Shown piece after piece: positions 25,039 through 28,781 of a stretch of 28,781 bases of DNA (position 1 is its first letter; each line of letters begins with the position of its first letter). This stretch comes from a candidate division WOR-3 bacterium. GTDB taxonomy: Bacteria > Hydrothermota > Tepidihabitantia > Tepidihabitantales > Tepidihabitantaceae. The stretch spans positions 1-28,781 of the forward strand of contig CBFGIY010000025.1 of NCBI GenBank assembly GCA_965648935.1, given 5' to 3'. The position numbers and the translations under genes are program-made. Below the pieces are notes generated by a model, which made no database searches, was not told the DNA's origin, and was given only the letters and a program-made list of their open reading frames with translations.

Positions 25039-28000
25039 TCAATTCAGAAGCAGCCGGCGAGACTTGATGTACCCCATATCAACAAGAGTGCCCACCAAGC
25101 GCTCTGCGACTAGGGCAGCATTTCTATCGCCGCAGTGGAGTGCCGCTTCGAGCACCTGCTCTGACTCGCGCATCCACGCATCCATGTATGTGCCTAGATG
25201 ACGATGCTCGATGAACTTCGCCAGAATGGCGACACATTGAGCCGCACAAGTCCTGGAAAGGGCAGCTAGCCGTTTCATTACGGGATAAAGGTCGTCGATT
25301 CCGTTCGCAACTTTGGCGGCGTGCTCGAGTTGGTTGAGAGACCATTCATCATCGAACTTGGCTGAAGCGAACCATGCTCCGAATGCGGCCAAATCACCCT
25401 TAAATCCATCATCCCTCTCTGCCGCCTCCATGCGCGAGGTCCATAGCCGCTTCGCCCTTTCCAAGACCTCTTCCGGTATCCGGTCGTCGGTCTGTCTGAA
25501 CGCATCACCCACGAAGCTGAGGGCATGCTTCCGTACCTCGGGGGTCGCAGAAGACCAGAACGCCGTTAGTAGGCTGTCAGTAAGTTCCAGCCTGCCCCGC
25601 CAGAGATAGAACATGAGGTGCTCTGCAAGGTAGTGGCCGAGGCTCGGCAGGCGCGTCGGCCCTTTGAGCTTCTCGTCATCCATGAGTTCTAGGGCGCGCT
25701 CATACTGCGGGCGAAGTGGTTCAAATGTGATGTCGAAGGCCCGACTGAACCTCATGAAGCTAGCCCACGCAGTCACGAAGTATCTCCTGCTCGTTTCGTC
25801 ATCGCCGAGCGGGAAGATGGTCGATGCCCGGGTGCGTCCCCACGTCTCGTCCAACAGAAGCAGCCATGGGTAGAGCCTTGCATACACGCTTCTCACCGCT
25901 AGAGAGGCATCCACTGTGACGTCCAGATGTCTGTCCAGAAGGTTCGCGAGTTCCGGCAACTGCGACAGGACTGATGGGGAGTTCGTTGCTGTGCCAGCGT
26001 CCTTACTTAAGCGGCTGTACCATAGCCCGTAATCGATCGCGGCGGAAATGGCCACGCTTCGGACCGAGTTCAGAGATGCCGTAGTCGCGTCGTCGTCCAT
26101 CATCCTTTCATCATCCGGTTGCGGGTGCGGATGCTCAGCCAAGCGCTCCAGGAGCGACCAGACTGACTGCCTCTCTGAGAGCTTGAACGAATTGGACCGC
26201 AGTCCAGCCGCGAGGAATTCGACGATGGCCTGCGCGGTCCAGCGGGCTTCGTCGAGCGGGCGTGACCGGCCATCTGCGGGAGCATCCGGCGTCTGGTTCA
26301 CTAGCACCGAGCACAGGTCGAGCATCGGTCGCCAATCGGTATGAACCGTGCCCTTAAGGCCATCCTTCAGTCCGCGCATAATCGCCTGCACATAGCTCGG
26401 CGCGAGTCGCGGCATCAGGCCTGCTGATGCGGCGAAGTCGACAACGCGGCCTGCCACAACTTTGGCGAGCGTTTCTTCCAGCCTGGGTTCTGGCATTAAG
26501 GATGGCTCATAGTTGGGCTCCACATACTCCAGATAGGCCAGCACTTCGGTTACAGTCATCTGCGACATCTCTCTCTGCGAAATGACCGGTTGCCGCATCT
26601 TGGCTTGGGGCCGAGCACCTGTTTCCTCAACCTGCGTGCGGAGCCTGCTTTGGATGTTCTTGTACACCTTCTGCCAAGCGGGGTCGAGGTGTTCAACTAT
26701 CGGCCCCAGCCTGCGCGCTCGCCAAAGGTCTGTGAATCTCGTTTTCTCGTCCTGCGTTATCGGGTTGCCCGACCAGTCGGTGTCGGGCCATTGTGGTGGT
26801 TCGTCCAGCCAGTCGAGCATGCTCGCCTTCGTTGCGTCAGGGATGAGCGCGAAGCCGTTTCTCAGGAGGAGGACGTACTCAGTCGGCATTTCGATTGCGG
26901 TGAACATCTCCCGTGATGCCAATTCGATCTCAACAAGGTCAAGTGCATCGGACGGATGACTGGCAAGAAAGAGGTATGCGATTCTGCGAAAGATGCGCGG
27001 CTCGTGGTCCAGCAGAGATTTGACAACGTCTCGCACGCCCACGCTGCCCGAAGTGACTAGCTGTTCACCCGTTGATCTGACTGCCTTCACAAGGGCGGCG
27101 AGAGCGTGCGGGTAGAAGCTGCCGTCGTCCGACTCGACCGAATCCAGGCCCAGGTCTGAGTGGTCGACTGCCGGGAAACTGACAGAGTATTGCTTCACTC
27201 CGTTGTCGAGAAGCTCGCACAGCAGCTCGTATGCTGGGAGTCCCGATGCCGCGACGACAGCCGGGACATCGTCGGTCACGATCTGGTCGTATATGTGTTC
27301 GGCAAAAAGCGGTTCTGGTCTGAACCGGAATCGGCCTGTATCCTCACTATCCTCGGGCGTTGAGCTCTGCGGGACAGCCAGCAGGCCGCGCAGCAAACGG
27401 AGCGCCTCTTGCGAGAAACCGCCCTTGGCCAAATGTACTAGCAGCTTGCCCAACTTCTCCGGCAGAATGTACTGGTCGAGGCGAGGGAGCCATGCGACAA
27501 GTCGATCCACCACACGGGCCGCGTGTTTCGGCTCCAGTTTAAGCAACGCGTCCGCAATGTCCCATCGTACGTAGATGTTGTCAGTTCCCAGAAAGCCCTT
27601 GAACAGCTTCGCCGCTTCCTCTTGCTGCTGTGAGGTGAGGCTGCCGGCTACACGGGCCAGATACTGCGACTCTGGCCACGCTCGGAGTGCCGTTCCCGCG
27701 GCCTCTCGCTGGGGTTCAGGTGGGTTGCAGAAGAAACCGGCCTCGGCAAGAGGCTCCATCCACTCCGCAGAACTGATACGGTTGAAGAAGTACGCATGCC
27801 GAACATCACGGTTGTTGATGAGCTCCCGAGCTCTCGCAAATGCTTCAGGAGAAGCCGACTGCTCATACTTGGCTATCAGGCGATCGATAACATCGGTGTC
27901 GGCAACGGCCCGAGGTGTTATCCAGTGTAGTAACAGTCTGGCCACCGCGCATAGGCGGTCGCCGAATTCGCTGTCAGAGGCCTGAACTTGGTGATGACAG

Positions 28001-28569
28001 ATGGACACGAAGAACCTGTAATGTTCGAGCCAATCATCGGTCTGCTGGTTCAGTTCACTTGTAGTCAGCGATTCCGCGTTCGGACTGAAGCTCTGCACGG
28101 TGTCTTGCAGGGTTTCCCTCAGCGGTCTGAACTCGTTGTCGAACCAGTCGACCAGTCCTTTCATGCCTGCGTGCAGTTCTTTGTAGTGAAGCTCGGAGTC
28201 TGGACCGCCAACACCGGGGCTGTGTTTGTCCCAAGTCTTATCTCGAAAGGCTTTGAACTTGTCATACAGCGCCGGGCGCCTTTTGTCCTCTGCCCAGGTC
28301 CAATCTGCCCTGAAGCACAGCGGCAACATCCTCATGAACTCTCTGACATTGTGTGCGGCAAGTGCGAGCCTATCCTTGACCAGAGGGTTGCTGGCAACCT
28401 GCAGGGCGGATTCGAGAATCGAAGTCAGCCGACCGTCGGATTGGTCCTTCGTGCGAAGCACATCAAGCAGCGATAGGACCTCTACTCTGTGCTGCAGCCA
28501 CGAGTGCGCTGAGGGTCGCGGACTCGGCTGACCCAGATCGCTAGGGCTCGCGTTTTCGTCCGCGCTCAC
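25039..28569 (-). CDS. 1176-aa helical-repeat protein with a possible HEPN-like N-terminal domain; defence-associated candidate
   Basis: Uninterrupted ORF, RBS GGAGGT plus GTG, codon usage visibly less GC3-biased than neighbours; motifs AAHNVRE, RFFVSICHH, YFF...W...L...GFF..PP, WPESQYLARVA. Function is uncertain. Confidence 0.7.
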   Translation of the reverse strand: MSADENASPSDLGQPSPRPSAHSWLQHRVEVLSLLDVLRTKDQSDGRLTSILESALQVASNPLVKDRLALAAHNVREFMRMLPLCFRADWTWAEDKRRPALYDKFKAFRDKTWDKHSPGVGGPDSELHYKELHAGMKGLVDWFDNEFRPLRETLQDTVQSFSPNAESLTTSELNQQTDDWLEHYRFFVSICHHQVQASDSEFGDRLCAVARLLLHWITPRAVADTDVIDRLIAKYEQSASPEAFARARELINNRDVRHAYFFNRISSAEWMEPLAEAGFFCNPPEPQREAAGTALRAWPESQYLARVAGSLTSQQQEEAAKLFKGFLGTDNIYVRWDIADALLKLEPKHAARVVDRLVAWLPRLDQYILPEKLGKLLVHLAKGGFSQEALRLLRGLLAVPQSSTPEDSEDTGRFRFRPEPLFAEHIYDQIVTDDVPAVVAASGLPAYELLCELLDNGVKQYSVSFPAVDHSDLGLDSVESDDGSFYPHALAALVKAVRSTGEQLVTSGSVGVRDVVKSLLDHEPRIFRRIAYLFLASHPSDALDLVEIELASREMFTAIEMPTEYVLLLRNGFALIPDATKASMLDWLDEPPQWPDTDWSGNPITQDEKTRFTDLWRARRLGPIVEHLDPAWQKVYKNIQSRLRTQVEETGARPQAKMRQPVISQREMSQMTVTEVLAYLEYVEPNYEPSLMPEPRLEETLAKVVAGRVVDFAASAGLMPRLAPSYVQAIMRGLKDGLKGTVHTDWRPMLDLCSVLVNQTPDAPADGRSRPLDEARWTAQAIVEFLAAGLRSNSFKLSERQSVWSLLERLAEHPHPQPDDERMMDDDATTASLNSVRSVAISAAIDYGLWYSRLSKDAGTATNSPSVLSQLPELANLLDRHLDVTVDASLAVRSVYARLYPWLLLLDETWGRTRASTIFPLGDDETSRRYFVTAWASFMRFSRAFDITFEPLRPQYERALELMDDEKLKGPTRLPSLGHYLAEHLMFYLWRGRLELTDSLLTAFWSSATPEVRKHALSFVGDAFRQTDDRIPEEVLERAKRLWTSRMEAAERDDGFKGDLAAFGAWFASAKFDDEWSLNQLEHAAKVANGIDDLYPVMKRLAALSRTCAAQCVAILAKFIEHRHLGTYMDAWMRESEQVLEAALHCGDRNAALVAERLVGTLVDMGYIKSRRLLLN

Positions 28570-28781
28570 TTGCTTACCTCCGGCTCGGGCGGGTGATAAG
28601 TGATGTCAACCTCTTGGACCGAGCCGGACTTGGAGACCTTCAACAACAAGGACTTGTAGGGCGGGAAGACTAGGTCGAGGTCGACCTCTCGTCCCTGCCA
28701 GTTGAGCGTGGCGCGGGAGCCGTAGGTATCTTCCATCTTGCTTGCGCCAAAGGCCAGCGGGTAGGTGAGGCCGCGGGAGCG
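28566..28781 (-). CDS. C-terminal part of an unknown protein, coupled to the 1176-aa gene
   Basis: Open frame from the window end, RSRGLTYPLAFG...VDITYHPPEPEVSK*; its TGA overlaps the next GTG (GTGA). Confidence 0.65.
   Translation of the reverse strand, partial: RSRGLTYPLAFGASKMEDTYGSRATLNWQGREVDLDLVFPPYKSLLLKVSKSGSVQEVDITYHPPEPEVSK

Overview
GC-rich bacterial chromosomal window. The many secreted proteins with FlgD-Ig/T9SS-like C-terminal tails suggest an FCB-related lineage such as candidate division WOR-3 (inference). Contents in order: xth; an XRE-HTH protein; a YncE-like beta-propeller; an IS3 element between two truncated genes; GNAT, ATP10-like and DUF2007 genes; a secreted TlpA-like redoxin split by an in-frame UGA (UxxC plus SECIS-like hairpin, probable selenoprotein); a 43-aa peptide with 10 Cys; and a stand-alone 122-aa protein that aligns almost without gaps to the rudivirus (SIRV2-type, Adnaviria) major capsid protein. 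Then an 8-gene porin/LTD/CotH/2x arylsulfotransferase/SBBP/VTC/DUF4956 operon, two lipoproteins, a DUF5674 gene pair and a large, compositionally foreign helical protein. The best candidate for a new system combines three parts: the capsid-like gene, the XRE protein (which appears to carry two capsid-like helical units behind its HTH), and a 111-bp non-coding element ending in an 11-6-11 dif-like palindrome, present twice 22,955 bp apart. All family assignments are by eye; no database searches were run.
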